NCBI GenBank assembly: GCA_013203145.1
Contig: JABMOV010000081.1
Location: 10,765 to 74,764, forward strand
DNA length: 64,000 nucleotides
DNA from: Fidelibacterota bacterium
GTDB taxonomy: Bacteria > Fidelibacterota > Marinisomatia > Marinisomatales > JABMOV01
Direction: 5' to 3'
The notes beneath the pieces were generated by a model that was not told the origin of the DNA, did no database searches, and worked only from the letters and a program-made list of their open reading frames with translations. Made by a program: the position numbers and the translations under genes. Positions 51,647 through 62,275 of this stretch are shown in pieces (position 1 is the first letter of the stretch; each line of letters opens with the position of its first letter).

Positions 51647-54600
51647 CGCACTAATAATACTTTATGTGTTTTATTGATACCAGAACTTGTAGAAAGTCGA
51701 ACAAAATAGATTCCAGATGCTACATTGGTACCACGATCATCTTTACTATCCCATCGAATAGTATGCCGACCAATTCCAATATAATTATTATATAACGTAG
51801 CAATTTGCTGTCCACGAATATTAAATACGGATATATTTGCTTTCTGACGTGGTCCATCCATAAACCCGATATCAAATTCTATATTCGTATATGGATTGAA
51901 AGGGTTTGGATAATTATTCCCTAAATCAGTTTCATTCGGAACGAATATCGTTTTAGGTCCTAATCGGTAGTATCCCATCCTATCTGAATAAGCAGAGACA
52001 ACTCCTCCATCACATGCCATTGATGGCAATTCCTGCCATGATATACCTATATCTCTTCTATAAATTGCGATATCTTTCGCTTCAGTTTTAAATGATATCA
52101 ATACTGGATCTTCAAAACTCATTGCCTCGTTACCGATTAAATAAGACGCTCGATCATAAAATGATGGATCGAACATGCTTGAATCCAAAACCATAAAGGA
52201 TTGGTCAAATCCAACAGAACCTGGCTTCCCTTGCAAGCCAAAGATGCCATCAGAACTCTTCCCAGACCAGGTCCTATTCATTCTTGCAACCGTTAAGCCT
52301 ACTGAACTTGTTGTATCGGTTTCACCTACTATACCAGTTGCTACGACATTAAAAGCGTAGGTTCCGGCACCAACAAAACTATGATTTCCAACATACGTAT
52401 ACGCACCAACTGTATCGAGAGCAACATTATCAGACTGCACTTTTAAAACAAGTGATGTAGTTTTCCTTGCTGAATCAGTGATAAATATTTTGTAGAAATT
52501 GCTAAATGCGTTATTCTGAACGACCCACATGGAAATGGCAGGACGAGGGACAAATAAGACATCTATGGTAAATTCTGTCGTATCACTTTTATATGGGAGA
52601 TTTGGATAATCACGATCGTATGCAATTACCTGTATTCGAGCTGTATCAGACCACAATTTCTCTGGAATAAAGAATAGACTATCTCCATGAGTTGTCGATG
52701 AAAATTGTGTTATTGGTATAGTCATTTTATCTGAATTTGTAAGACCGGTTATTTTAAATGTCAGCAATGAATCATCCACATCGGTAACAAATTCAGTCAA
52801 ATCGATTTTTAATGAATCGTTTTCATTTATAATCTGATCTCCAATAATGGACCAAACAGGTGGGTCATTCTCAGGAGTAATGCGTATTTTAACAAAAGAA
52901 GTATCAAATAGTCCTTCAACGTCCGTTGCATAGAAAATAATGGAACGATCAGCCAATGTATAATAATTTGAATCGGCATAGATGATTGCCCAGGTTGAGT
53001 CATCTTGTTCAAATGTCTCAACATGCAGGCTATCGACTAAATCCAAACGGGTGAACATTTTATTTGTTTGTTTTACGTCCTGATTCATAAAAGTTTTGTA
53101 TCGTTTTGAATATGTATTATGGAGATAATTCCTCATAATACGAGGAGTACCAGGACCTATAATGATATTATTAGCAGGAAAGCTAGGATACGAGGATGTA
53201 TCTGGAAGAATGACGATTTGCCACGACAACAAATGAAGAGAATCATCAACATCCGTGGCATATTGTGAAAGGTTTACTAAAATACTGTCACTGCTTAGTT
53301 TATCTTCTTCAAACTCTTTTAGATTATCAGGAGAAAGGATTGATAATTCAGGTGCGTCGTTTACTGGTTCGACTCTAAAATTAACTTGAATTGAATCAAC
53401 CAAGTCATTCATATCTGTTGCAATAATCTTTATTTGATATGTCCCTGTATCGGCTTGGGTTGGTACCCATGATAAAACTCGAGTTTCAGAATCAATCGTC
53501 ATTGAAGATAATGCTGCATCCCCATATAATCGCTCAGTTGTTGACGTAAATGTAACAACATCACCTAAAAGTGTATTGAAGTCAGGATCGGTTATTTCTA
53601 CTGAATCAACAAACGAACTATCCTCATACCATACAATATTTGGTATTTGAGTAATCAATGGCAATGTATTTAACCGTGTAATAGTTGGCTCAATTAAAAT
53701 AATATCTGAAACATTACCCGCAACATCATATGCCCGAACATAAACTCGGTAGTTCACTTGATGTTCTAGAGGATAAATAGTATCCAGAATTGCAGAAGAT
53801 CCATTATTTTGCCAAATAATAAAACCTGTTGTATCCTGTGTAACATCCGTCCCTATTGCATATTCATAGTACTCAATACCAGATTCAATTTGAGGATTTT
53901 GTTCTTCATATGCTCCTGCCCAATTAGATCGAATTGAATCAATTGACTGGATAGTATCAGGAGGAACCGGGTCGATAATTATTGTGGTAAATATTGGAGC
54001 AAGCGTATCAAAACCAAAAACTACCGTACTTGTATCTCCAATTGTTTCATTTCCCACTCTATCGTAGAGTATTGCCAAAGTTTGAAACTCATCACCAGTA
54101 ATCAAGCCTAAAGAAGAACCTGTAATGTCTGAAACATTTTTAAATACAACATTTGTACCACCAGAAGTGATCGATGTACTATCTGCAATTACCGTAATAA
54201 AAGCAGTGCGCAAATTAAACATTTCGATTGCAATCCTTCCACCAATCATTGTTGGATCATTTGATGCTATTTGCACAGGAACAATAATTTGAAGTTGTTC
54301 TGTTGTGTTATTAATCCAATTTTGTACAGGATTACCACCTATTGGTAAAATATCACCTGTGATAAATGCAGCTGGTGGAGTATTATCCACATCAAAATCC
54401 TGTTCATTAGCATAATTTTCTACAGGATTACCTGCTAAATCTTTCGCAAAAAGCGATATGAACATAAATCCATCATTTGGGGAGCTGTCAGGTAATTCAA
54501 ACTGAAAAATCCAAACCGAATCACCATTGGAGGATCCAAAGGCTGGTAAGTTGATAAACGAATCATTCGTAGAATCAGCATACTGCACATTGAGCTGTGG

Positions 54601-57600
54601 TTGATTTGTGGTATTCGCTGGTTCATCAAATTCAGCAGTTATTTCAATGATATCACCTGATTTCCCACGATTAGTGAGTGTCGGTTGTGTCAAGTTTGTA
54701 TACGTGAAAACTACAGTAGGTCCAACATTATCGATCATTAATGTATCAGTATTGGATAAATCACTCACTCTCAGGCTGTTTTGCGCTAAATCAGTTGCAT
54801 CAATTGCTATTAAAGCAATGCCATTAATAGCCCCACCGGGAATAGTTGCAGAGTATGTCCATTCGGTAGAATCAACCCCAATATTCATATCTTCCGTGAT
54901 ATCACTTACGGTACCAGGTTGATAATCAATAGTTATCTGTGGAAATAAATCCATAGGTTCATTGAATGTGGCAGTGATCGTTACAACAGTATCTTCACTT
55001 GCGAAATAATGCGAATATGTCAATGACCCGGTTGGTGCAGTAGTATCATAATAAACAGGAGACGAAGTAAAGTCGTTTGAAATATTTCCCGCAGAATCAG
55101 TTGCGGACCAGATTAATCTATATGTTGTACCAGTTACTAAGTTATTAGGTCCATTGGTCAAAGAATAATCAGTGAATGTATTTAATCCTTCAAGTTCACT
55201 GGCAGATAATTGAACTGTCTCAGTTGTTCCTGGACCGCTTATTCTTTCCCATTGTATGTAACCAGAATAACTTGTTTCACTCAATCGGTAGCTAACCTGC
55301 GTGTGATTAACATATGAATTGCTATCAGGTGAAAGTAATGTAAATATTGGAGGAGTATTGTCAATCCTAAGTAAGGAACGATTGTCAGTATTTTCATTAA
55401 TGAGAAGATTTCCAGCAATATCATTTGCAATGATTGATACAGTTGCAGCGCCATCATTCCCCCCAGGGATTGTAATTTGCTTTTCCCAAACCGTGCTGCT
55501 AACCGATAATAGATTTGTAGTGTCTAGTTCTGATCCACCAGCGTATATGATGCCAATTTGTGGCGGTCCAATCATTTCTTCACTGAATTCAACTGTTACT
55601 ATAACATTATCACCTTCTTTTACAAGTGAATCACTGTAGGTAATTGTGGCGGTTGGAACGGTGTTATCCACAAACAATGTATCCGTATTTTGCAAATCAG
55701 ATACGCGCAAACTGTTTTGAGCTAAATCTGTCGCTGTTATACCGACATTAGCAAACCCATTATTCCCAACCCCTGGTGGAGTTAATACATCATAAGTCCA
55801 AATCGTTGAATCAGCTCCCATGGCCATATTGATATTGGATACATCCCCACCAGTCCCTTGAAAATTGACTGAAATCTTTGGAGTTGTTAGTAATATTCTT
55901 TCATTAAAGGTAGCAGTAATGGTAACAACCGTATCTTCGCTTGCGTAATAATGGGAATAAGTCAGTATACCGGTTGGTGCTGTTGTATCATAATAAACGG
56001 GAGTGGAAATAAAATTATCGGAAATATTCCCGGCAGAATCAGTGGCTGACCATGTCATACTATATGTTGTACCAGAAACCAGATTATTTGGATCATTTGT
56101 CAATGTATAATCAGAAAAAGTATTTAAGCCCTCTAATTCTGAGGCTATTAATGATGAATTATGAGGTGAATTTGGATCAGATGTTCCGCTAATTCTTGTC
56201 CAACGAACAAAACCGGAGAAACTTGTTTCACTTAACCTGTATCCGACCAAACTATGATTCACATATTCACCGTTACCTGGTGAAAGCAACGTAATGGTCG
56301 GTTGAGTATTGTCAATTCTCAGGATATCACGACCGAATGTAAGTGCGTTAGTTATTGAATTTCCTGCCAGATCTTCTCCTGTAATTGTAATTGTTGCATA
56401 ACCATCATTTCCCGGAGGTACATCTACGAACAAACCCCAAGTTAATTCTCCACCCTGAACTAAGGAGGTTGTTTCTATTGTACTACCGCTAGCAAAAAGG
56501 ATGTAGGCAGAAGCAGTTGCCATTGATTCGCTAAAATCAACCGTCAAATTTGTATTTGTTTCAGCATTTACTGGATTATTGTCAAAAGAGATATATCCTT
56601 CAGGACTTTGAGTATCTATGACTAGATCATAATCACCTCCTAAAGATCCCACGTCACTAGGACTGGCAAGAGTAAGTGTTAGATCATTTCCGGCACTATC
56701 CTTTAATGTAGCACCGCCTAAAGATAATGCATTTACTGAAGTGTAGTCTAAATCTACTGTATTTTGATCTGCCGCTACTGTATAGGTAAACACTTGTGTT
56801 GTAGTTCCCTGACCAGATGAATAGCTGGCATTCACACTAGTTCCGGAATTCAAGTTTATCAACGGTGTACCACCTACAGATTTCACAATCGGTTCGTCTG
56901 TTACAATATGAATTTGAATTTGATCTCCAGCATTAAAATACACAGTTTCAATACTTGATGCATTTGAAGCAACTGATGTAACTGAGGGTGAATCTTCGTC
57001 AATGATAATCTGAGTTGAGCTGGATGTAGCCTGGGTAGAATTTCCTGCGCGATCAGTAATAGTTGCTGATATATAAAGTCTTGCTCCTGTATTGTCAAAA
57101 CTTGCAATGGCTTCCAGTTGTACCCTTGTTGGTGATATAGTAATGTTTGTATTTACTTGTCCAGCACCGATTGGTTGCTGCGAGCCTAAACTTGTCCAAT
57201 CTCCAGATGTGCCGCCTACTTGACCTTGAAGAACTATCGTTCCGGCAATAAGTGTTGGATCATTCTCAATAGGTACAATTGCATTCAAACTAGTATTATA
57301 ACTATTCCAATATCCTGAAATCACTGGATCGCCCACGACAGTTAAAGTACTCACTTGGAACGCTGTAGGATCAGTTGTATCTATTGTCAACGTTGTTGAA
57401 CTTGCAGTCCCTTGTGTAACGTTTCCATATTGATCAGTTATGTTCGCACTAATTGTAATGACTTTTGCTTCACCATAAGCAGCATGTTCAGCGAATTGAG
57501 CCTCTGAAATAGTTACTGTTGCAGAATCTCCCAACTCACCATTTAATATTGTCTTAAATGATCCTAGTGGAAAATAACTGGATGTAGAATTTTTTGCAAT

Positions 57601-60600
57601 GACTTGGATTGATCCACCTTCCAGGTCTGCATTGTTAGCAACGGGCACACGGACTGTGAATGCAGTATTTGTGCTGTTCCAGTAACCTGTAAAAGTCTGC
57701 TCACCAACAGTGGTAATCGTACCCACGGTAAAATCTGTAGGTGGATCATCATTATCTGTAATTGTAAATGTATGAGTACGATTACCAGCTGCTGGGAGAC
57801 TAACATTTGATTCACTACCCGAAGATAGAGTAACTGTAAACGTTTCATCATCTTCATCGCTATCATCATCAATAATTGCAGGAGATATGCTGGCTGTTGT
57901 ATTTCCAGCTGATATACTTATTGTTCCAGCATCCAAAGTAAAATCGACTCCACCTCCGATTGCAGTACCATCAGTAACAGTATAATCAACGGAAATATCC
58001 AACCCTGAAGCTGCGGTAATTGTTAATCCGATGGTTGGATTCGTGGTGCTTTCAGGGGAAGATTTACTTAGTTGGTTGAAAGAAATAGTTGGAGTCGCAT
58101 CGTTATCCGTGATGGTCAATGTGTGTGTAATGTTACCTGTAATTGCACCATTTGTAGCATTGGATAACGTAATAATAACCGTTTCAGAATTTTCATCGAT
58201 TGTGTCATCAGTAATTGTAATTGGAATAGTTGTCGTTGTCTGTCCAGCAGTGATTGTTTTACTGCCTGCAGTAAATGTGTAATCTGTGCCACTTCCTGTT
58301 GCCGTGCCACCAGTAACTGCATAATCAAATGATACATCTCTACCTGAAGCAGCAGAAAGTGAGACGGTCAAACTAACGGAACCAGCATTTTCGTTTTGTG
58401 AAGAAGCTCCCAAACTAAACGAAATATTTGGAGCGTCATCATTATCAAGAATTGTGTATGTAATTGTCTGTGCATTTGTATTTAATGCTGTTGTTGAAGA
58501 TGGATTTGATAATTGAATAATGATAGTTTCATTATCTTCGTCAGAATCATCATCTACTATAGTGATTTCTGCGGTTGCGGTCTGATCACCTGCTGTTATT
58601 GTAAATGTATCATCTTGAAATGTATAATCTGTTGCGCTTCCTGTTGCTGTTCCACCCGTAACGGCATAATCAACAGTAATATCAAGCCCGGAAACTGCAG
58701 ATAATTGTGCTGTAATTGTTGGTGATGCTGATTCAGCTCCACTTGCTGCTGTGGTTGTAAATCCAACCGATGGTTTGGGATCGTCGTCTGTCAATGAATA
58801 CGTATGAGTCGTTGTCCCACCTAGCGTTGCGTTTGATGGTGAAGCAAGAGTTACTTCAATATATTCGGTATTTTCATCAAGGGCATCATTCACAATGGTA
58901 ATGTCAATTGTCTCTGTCGAATCACCAACAGAATAATTTAATGTACCATTTGCTAGCGTATAATCAGTACCACTTCCTGTAGCAGTAGTACCTCCGGTAA
59001 CCGAATATCCAACAGAAACTGCCAATCCCGACGAACGAGATAAATTCACAGTTAATTGAGCGGGATTTGCGGCTTCACTATTGCCGGATGAAGCAGAAGC
59101 GAAGGCAACTGTTGGTGAATCATCATTATCGGTAATGGACATTGTATGAGTATCATTACCACCTAATGTCACATTAACTTCATTTTGAAGACCTATTATT
59201 ATCGTTTCGCTATTTTCATCCAATTCATCGTCTATGATAGTAACATTAAATGTAGATGTTAGATTCCCTGATGTGATTGTCGCTGTACCTTCGGTGATAC
59301 TATAATCAGTGCCAGATCCAGTGGCGGTTCCACTTGAAATAAAATAATCAACGGATATATCATTACCTGATTGAGCGGTTAAGGTTATTTGTACAGTAAC
59401 GGTACCTGCACTTTCGGCTTTTGTTGAAGATGCAGCAGTAAACCCAATTGTTGGCTCAGTATCATTATCATTTATAGTATAAGTAAATCCATCGTTAGTA
59501 CCTAAAGTGGCATTTGTCGGTGGATCTGAAAGAATAATAATAACTGTTTCATCCGGTTCATCAATATCATCGTTTATAACAATGAGTGAAATGTTTTTTG
59601 ATGTTTGCCCAGCTGAAAATGTCAATGTGCCATCGGTAAATGTATAATCTGTTCCAGAACCAGTTGCAGTTCCACCATTTACACTGTAATTGACGCTCAC
59701 ATCTCTTCCGGAAACCGTGGATAGTGATACAGCAATATTAACAGGTGTAGAGCCCTCGCCTCCATCTCCTGTTGGGTTATCAAAGTAAATAAATGGTTCG
59801 GTATCATTGTCAGTAATTGTAATTGTATGAGTATCATTACCTCCAACTGTTGAATTGTTGGGACTTGATAATGATAAAATAATTGTTTCATTATCTTCAT
59901 CAAGAGCATCGTTAATTATATTAAAAGTTAGAGTTGTTGAGCCGTCTCCTGCTGCTATTGTTGCTGTTCCAGATCCAAGATTATGGTCAATCCCACCTCC
60001 TATTGCTGTACCTGAGATACTATAATTCACTGACGTTTCTAAACCTGAAGGCGTATTTAATTCGATATATAATGTTACAGAGCCTGCTGATTCATTTTGA
60101 GTTGATGTCGTGGCTGAAAAGGCAATCTCAGGAGAATCATCAGCATCAGCAATTGTAACCTGGTGACCGGTAATTGCACCAAAACTTGCATTTGTCGGCG
60201 CACTAAATTGGATATATACAGTTTCTTCAAGTTCGTCAATTGTATCGTCAACCGGTGTAAAGTCAATTGTGTGCGAACTTTCCCCTTCAACAAAGCTTAA
60301 GGAGCCACTGGTCGGAGTTAAATCAGCTGATACAGCAGTTGAAGATCCTGATTGAAATGACCATGGAACTGTAACGGTGAGTCCAGCATCTTGGTTTAGA
60401 TTAACAGTAAGCTGTACTAACGTACCTTCTGTTCCTGTAGAAGTTGCTGTTGCAAATGTAACTGTCGGCGCGCTTTCATTGTCATTGATAGTATACGTGT
60501 GTGAAGTTGTACCTGGATCTAAACCAAATGGAACAGATAGTTCACATACTATTGTCTCATTAGATTCATCTCGTGAGTCATCTTGAATTGCAATTTCAAT

Positions 60601-60906
60601 ATTAGCACTATCTACACCTGCAGGAATTGTTAATGAAGCAGGTGAAAGTGTAAAATCATAATAATTGGTTGGAAAGTTTTTAGCTGTAGAACCTGTACCT
60701 TCAGAATAATTAATAATAACATCGGATGTCAACGTAGTATCATTACCAGTAGAACTTGATGTCAGTTTAACCGTAAGTACAGCTGGCGAATTGGTTTCAG
60801 TGCCTGAAGAGGTTGCTGTATCAAAACCAACTGTAATAGCGGCAGAATACCCTATGTTTACAATAAGGAGTATTAATAAAGTGAAATATGTAATACGATA
60901 TCGCAT
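51643..60906 (-). CDS. 3087-aa T9SS-secreted adhesin-like protein: 9 Calx-beta repeats, many Ig-like domains, cadherin-like domains, C-terminal T9SS sorting domain
   Basis: Signal peptide. Nine DDxxDExxE-type Calx-beta motifs (for example NDALDEDNETIILSLS). VNDAPEL / ENDPPVW cadherin-like motifs. Tail NYPNPFNPYTNIEFDI...SGIYFVRL...KVLLVR. Confidence 0.9.
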   Translation of the reverse strand: MRYRITYFTLLILLIVNIGYSAAITVGFDTATSSGTETNSPAVLTVKLTSSSTGNDTTLTSDVIINYSEGTGSTAKNFPTNYYDFTLSPASLTIPAGVDSANIEIAIQDDSRDESNETIVCELSVPFGLDPGTTSHTYTINDNESAPTVTFATATSTGTEGTLVQLTVNLNQDAGLTVTVPWSFQSGSSTAVSADLTPTSGSLSFVEGESSHTIDFTPVDDTIDELEETVYIQFSAPTNASFGAITGHQVTIADADDSPEIAFSATTSTQNESAGSVTLYIELNTPSGLETSVNYSISGTAIGGGIDHNLGSGTATIAAGDGSTTLTFNIINDALDEDNETIILSLSSPNNSTVGGNDTHTITITDNDTEPFIYFDNPTGDGGEGSTPVNIAVSLSTVSGRDVSVNYSVNGGTATGSGTDYTFTDGTLTFSAGQTSKNISLIVINDDIDEPDETVIIILSDPPTNATLGTNDGFTYTINDNDTEPTIGFTAASSTKAESAGTVTVQITLTAQSGNDISVDYFISSGTATGSGTDYSITEGTATITSGNLTSTFNVTIIDDELDENSETIIIGLQNEVNVTLGGNDTHTMSITDNDDSPTVAFASASSGNSEAANPAQLTVNLSRSSGLAVSVGYSVTGGTTATGSGTDYTLANGTLNYSVGDSTETIDITIVNDALDENTEYIEVTLASPSNATLGGTTTHTYSLTDDDPKPSVGFTTTAASGAESASPTITAQLSAVSGLDITVDYAVTGGTATGSATDYTFQDDTFTITAGDQTATAEITIVDDDSDEDNETIIIQLSNPSSTTALNTNAQTITYTILDNDDAPNISFSLGASSQNENAGSVSLTVSLSAASGRDVSFDYAVTGGTATGSGTDYTFTAGSKTITAGQTTTTIPITITDDTIDENSETVIITLSNATNGAITGNITHTLTITDNDATPTISFNQLSKSSPESTTNPTIGLTITAASGLDISVDYTVTDGTAIGGGVDFTLDAGTISISAGNTTASISPAIIDDDSDEDDETFTVTLSSGSESNVSLPAAGNRTHTFTITDNDDPPTDFTVGTITTVGEQTFTGYWNSTNTAFTVRVPVANNADLEGGSIQVIAKNSTSSYFPLGSFKTILNGELGDSATVTISEAQFAEHAAYGEAKVITISANITDQYGNVTQGTASSTTLTIDTTDPTAFQVSTLTVVGDPVISGYWNSYNTSLNAIVPIENDPTLIAGTIVLQGQVGGTSGDWTSLGSQQPIGAGQVNTNITISPTRVQLEAIASFDNTGARLYISATITDRAGNSTQATSSSTQIIIDEDSPSVTSVASNASSIETVYFNAGDQIQIHIVTDEPIVKSVGGTPLINLNSGTSVNASYSSGQGTTTQVFTYTVAADQNTVDLDYTSVNALSLGGATLKDSAGNDLTLTLASPSDVGSLGGDYDLVIDTQSPEGYISFDNNPVNAETNTNLTVDFSESMATASAYILFASGSTIETTSLVQGGELTWGLFVDVPPGNDGYATITITGEDLAGNSITNALTFGRDILRIDNTQPTITLLSPGNGEYVNHSLVGYRLSETSFSGFVRWTRISGTSDPNSPHNSSLIASELEGLNTFSDYTLTNDPNNLVSGTTYSMTWSATDSAGNISDNFISTPVYYDTTAPTGILTYSHYYASEDTVVTITATFNERILLTTPKISVNFQGTGGDVSNINMAMGADSTIWTYDVLTPPGVGNNGFANVGITATDLAQNSLRVSDLQNTDTLFVDNTVPTATITYSDSLVKEGDNVIVTVEFSEEMIGPPQIGIIYAGGSELDTTNLLSVSSTVWEKQITIPGGNDGAATVSIIANDIAGNLLINENTDNRSLLRIDNTPPIFTLLSPDSNSYVNHTQVSYRLSETSYSGYIQWERISGPGTTETVQLSASELEGLNTFTDYSLTNGPNNLVTGTTYRLIWSATDSAGNISNDFTSSPVYYDTTAPTGSLTYSHYFASEDTVVTITATFNEPMDLFPQITIDYQPGTVSDITEDMNIGVDSTEWTYSATIPGGAINGIALIAIDATDLAQNSLRVSDLSNTDTLMIDNVGPTVVFTYTNLTQPTLTNRGKSGDIIEITAEFDEPANTTNQPQLNVQYADSTNDSFINLPAFGSSNGDSVWIFQFELPDSSPNDGFMFISLFAKDLAGNPVENYANEQDFDVDNTPPAAFITGDILPIGGNPVQNWINNTTEQLQIIVPVQIASNDPTMIGGRIAIEMFNLRTAFITVIADSTSITSGGTNVVFKNVSDITGSSLGLITGDEFQTLAILYDRVGNETIGDTSTVVFGFDTLAPIFTTIIIDPVPPDTIQSIDSIRSNWAGAYEEQNPQIESGIEYYEYAIGTDVTQDTTGFIIWQNNGSSAILDTIYPLEHQVNYRVYVRAYDVAGNVSDIILIEPTITRLNTLPLITQIPNIVWYEDSSFVDSVEITDPDFNTLLGDVVTFTSTTERLYGDAALSSMTIDSETRVLSWVPTQADTGTYQIKIIATDMNDLVDSIQVNFRVEPVNDAPELSILSPDNLKEFEEDKLSSDSILVNLSQYATDVDDSLHLLSWQIVILPDTSSYPSFPANNIIIGPGTPRIMRNYLHNTYSKRYKTFMNQDVKQTNKMFTRLDLVDSLHVETFEQDDSTWAIIYADSNYYTLADRSIIFYATDVEGLFDTSFVKIRITPENDPPVWSIIGDQIINENDSLKIDLTEFVTDVDDSLLTFKITGLTNSDKMTIPITQFSSTTHGDSLFFIPEKLWSDTARIQVIAYDRDYPNLPYKSDTTEFTIDVLFVPRPAISMWVVQNNAFSNFYKIFITDSARKTTSLVLKVQSDNVALDTVGAYTYVGNHSFVGAGTYAFNVVATGIVGETDTTSSVGLTVARMNRTWSGKSSDGIFGLQGKPGSVGFDQSFMVLDSSMFDPSFYDRASYLIGNEAMSFEDPVLISFKTEAKDIAIYRRDIGISWQELPSMACDGGVVSAYSDRMGYYRLGPKTIFVPNETDLGNNYPNPFNPYTNIEFDIGFMDGPRQKANISVFNIRGQQIATLYNNYIGIGRHTIRWDSKDDRGTNVASGIYFVRLSTSSGINKTHKVLLVR

Positions 60907-60913
60907 AAATTAT

Positions 60914-61696
60914 TTAAAATGTAATCCCTAAAGTAAATATTCCATCTAACCAGCTAACACTACCAAGATCAACATTTTTAGTATTTACTACATTTGATAT
61001 AGTAGTTGATCTTACACCGGCGCGAATCTCAAGACTATTTTTCATGGCAAAACCATATGTTGTTTCAGCAAAGTAACCTATATTATTGCCATCTGATCCG
61101 CCACCTATTTTTACTTGTCCAGGACCAGCAGGAAAGGATAAATATCCATTGTAGACACTGCCTGAATACTCACCGCCGGCGGGTAAATAATTAATAAATG
61201 AGAATGTCCCATACTCTAAACCTATTCTGAACTTTAATACTGAAATTTGAAGCAATAACGGAAATTCGACACCAACCTTATAATCAACATTTGAGTTATA
61301 TGTCATAAGTTGATGATTTACATAACCAGGAGAAGTGCCAGTGAGGGAGAATGTAAATCCTTTGCTATCAGCATAATCAGCTAAATCTTCTTCAGATAAC
61401 TCATCATCCTCATAATACTCATCATCTTCATATTCATATTCTGAGGTATCATCTTCGGCATACTCATCATCGTAATATTCATCGTCTTCAGAGTATTCTT
61501 CATCATCAAAATAATCTTCATATCCTAAAGTATCATCTTCAGCATATTCGTCATCGTATTCTTCATCCTCGCCCCAAAACACTTCAACCGGATCTTCTTC
61601 CTCTTCGGTTGTTTGTGGAAAACTGAATGAAATGAGACAACATCCGAATACGATAAATAACCATATTCGCGATATAAATTTTATTCGCGTAAACAT
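60914..61696 (-). CDS. secreted protein: about 95-aa poly-Asp/Glu/Tyr region plus about 150-aa putative outer-membrane beta-barrel ending in Phe
   Basis: The ATG at 61696 gives the signal peptide MFTRIKFISRIWLFIVFGCCLISFSF. Acidic tract EEEEDPVEVFWGEDEEYDDEYAEDD...YEDDELSEEDLADYADS. The C-terminus has an alternating hydrophobic pattern ending LGITF. Confidence 0.6.
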   Translation of the reverse strand: MFTRIKFISRIWLFIVFGCCLISFSFPQTTEEEEDPVEVFWGEDEEYDDEYAEDDTLGYEDYFDDEEYSEDDEYYDDEYAEDDTSEYEYEDDEYYEDDELSEEDLADYADSKGFTFSLTGTSPGYVNHQLMTYNSNVDYKVGVEFPLLLQISVLKFRIGLEYGTFSFINYLPAGGEYSGSVYNGYLSFPAGPGQVKIGGGSDGNNIGYFAETTYGFAMKNSLEIRAGVRSTTISNVVNTKNVDLGSVSWLDGIFTLGITF

Positions 61697-62023
61697 ACGT
61701 TCTGGAATAATGGTGCCACCGCTATGTTTGACCATTGGTTTGAATCCCCTTACCTCGACTAAAAGACTTCTTCGGCAAATATACAGGTGTCCGTCGATAC
61801 TATGCAATCTTTATTCAGACCGGTTTGATGTGGGTAACATATAGCAAAAACGGTCATTTAGAACAAACATTTAAGGATTGAAATCAACATATTGTGAGTT
61901 TCCTATTCATTTACTCATTAACAAGTAAAATTTGATACAATAATCAAATAAATTTTGGATACATAGGCGTTATTTTATTTATATGTTACTAATCTTAAAA
62001 TTTCACTCTTATATCCTAAACAA

Positions 62024-62098
62024 TGGTAGCCCGTACGGGAGTCGAACCCGTGTTACTGCCTTGAGAGGGCGGCGTCCTAACCACTAGACGAACGGGCC
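62024..62098 (-). tRNA. tRNA-Glu (anticodon CUC), CCA encoded
   Basis: Hand-folded: acceptor GGCCCGT/ACGGGCT (G1-U72), D-stem GTCT/GGAC, anticodon loop CTCTCAA, T-arm ACGGG-TTCGACT-CCCGT. One C-A mismatch in the anticodon stem. Confidence 0.8.
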
Positions 62099-62116
62099 AT
62101 AATATTAGTGGTAAAG

Positions 62117-62187
62117 CTGGGGAACAGGGACTCGAACCCCGACTCTCAGGACCAGAACCTGATGTCCTGCCGTTAGACGATTCCCCA
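62117..62187 (-). tRNA. tRNA-Gln (anticodon CUG)
   Basis: Hand-folded: U1-A72 and G73 as in bacterial tRNA-Gln, anticodon stem TCAGG/CCTGA, loop TTCTGGT, T-loop TTCGAGT. Confidence 0.88.
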
Positions 62188-62201
62188 AAACACAAAAGTT
62201 G

Positions 62202-62275
62202 TACACCCGGAAGGACTCGAACCCTCAGCCTTCTGGTCCGTAGCCAGACGCTCTATCCAATTGAGCTACGGGTGC
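62202..62275 (-). tRNA. tRNA-Arg (anticodon ACG)
   Basis: Hand-folded: GCACCCGTAGCTCAATTGGATAGAGC..., anticodon stem TCTGG/CCAGA, loop CTACGGA, T-loop TTCGAGT, discriminator A. Confidence 0.9.

Noticed and set aside
57900-60840. Regular 300-nt periodicity that could superficially suggest a repeat array or CRISPR
   Set aside because: The periodicity lies inside one uninterrupted 9.3-kb ORF and corresponds to tandem Calx-beta protein domains. The repeats are divergent at DNA level, with no short identical repeats separated by unique spacers.
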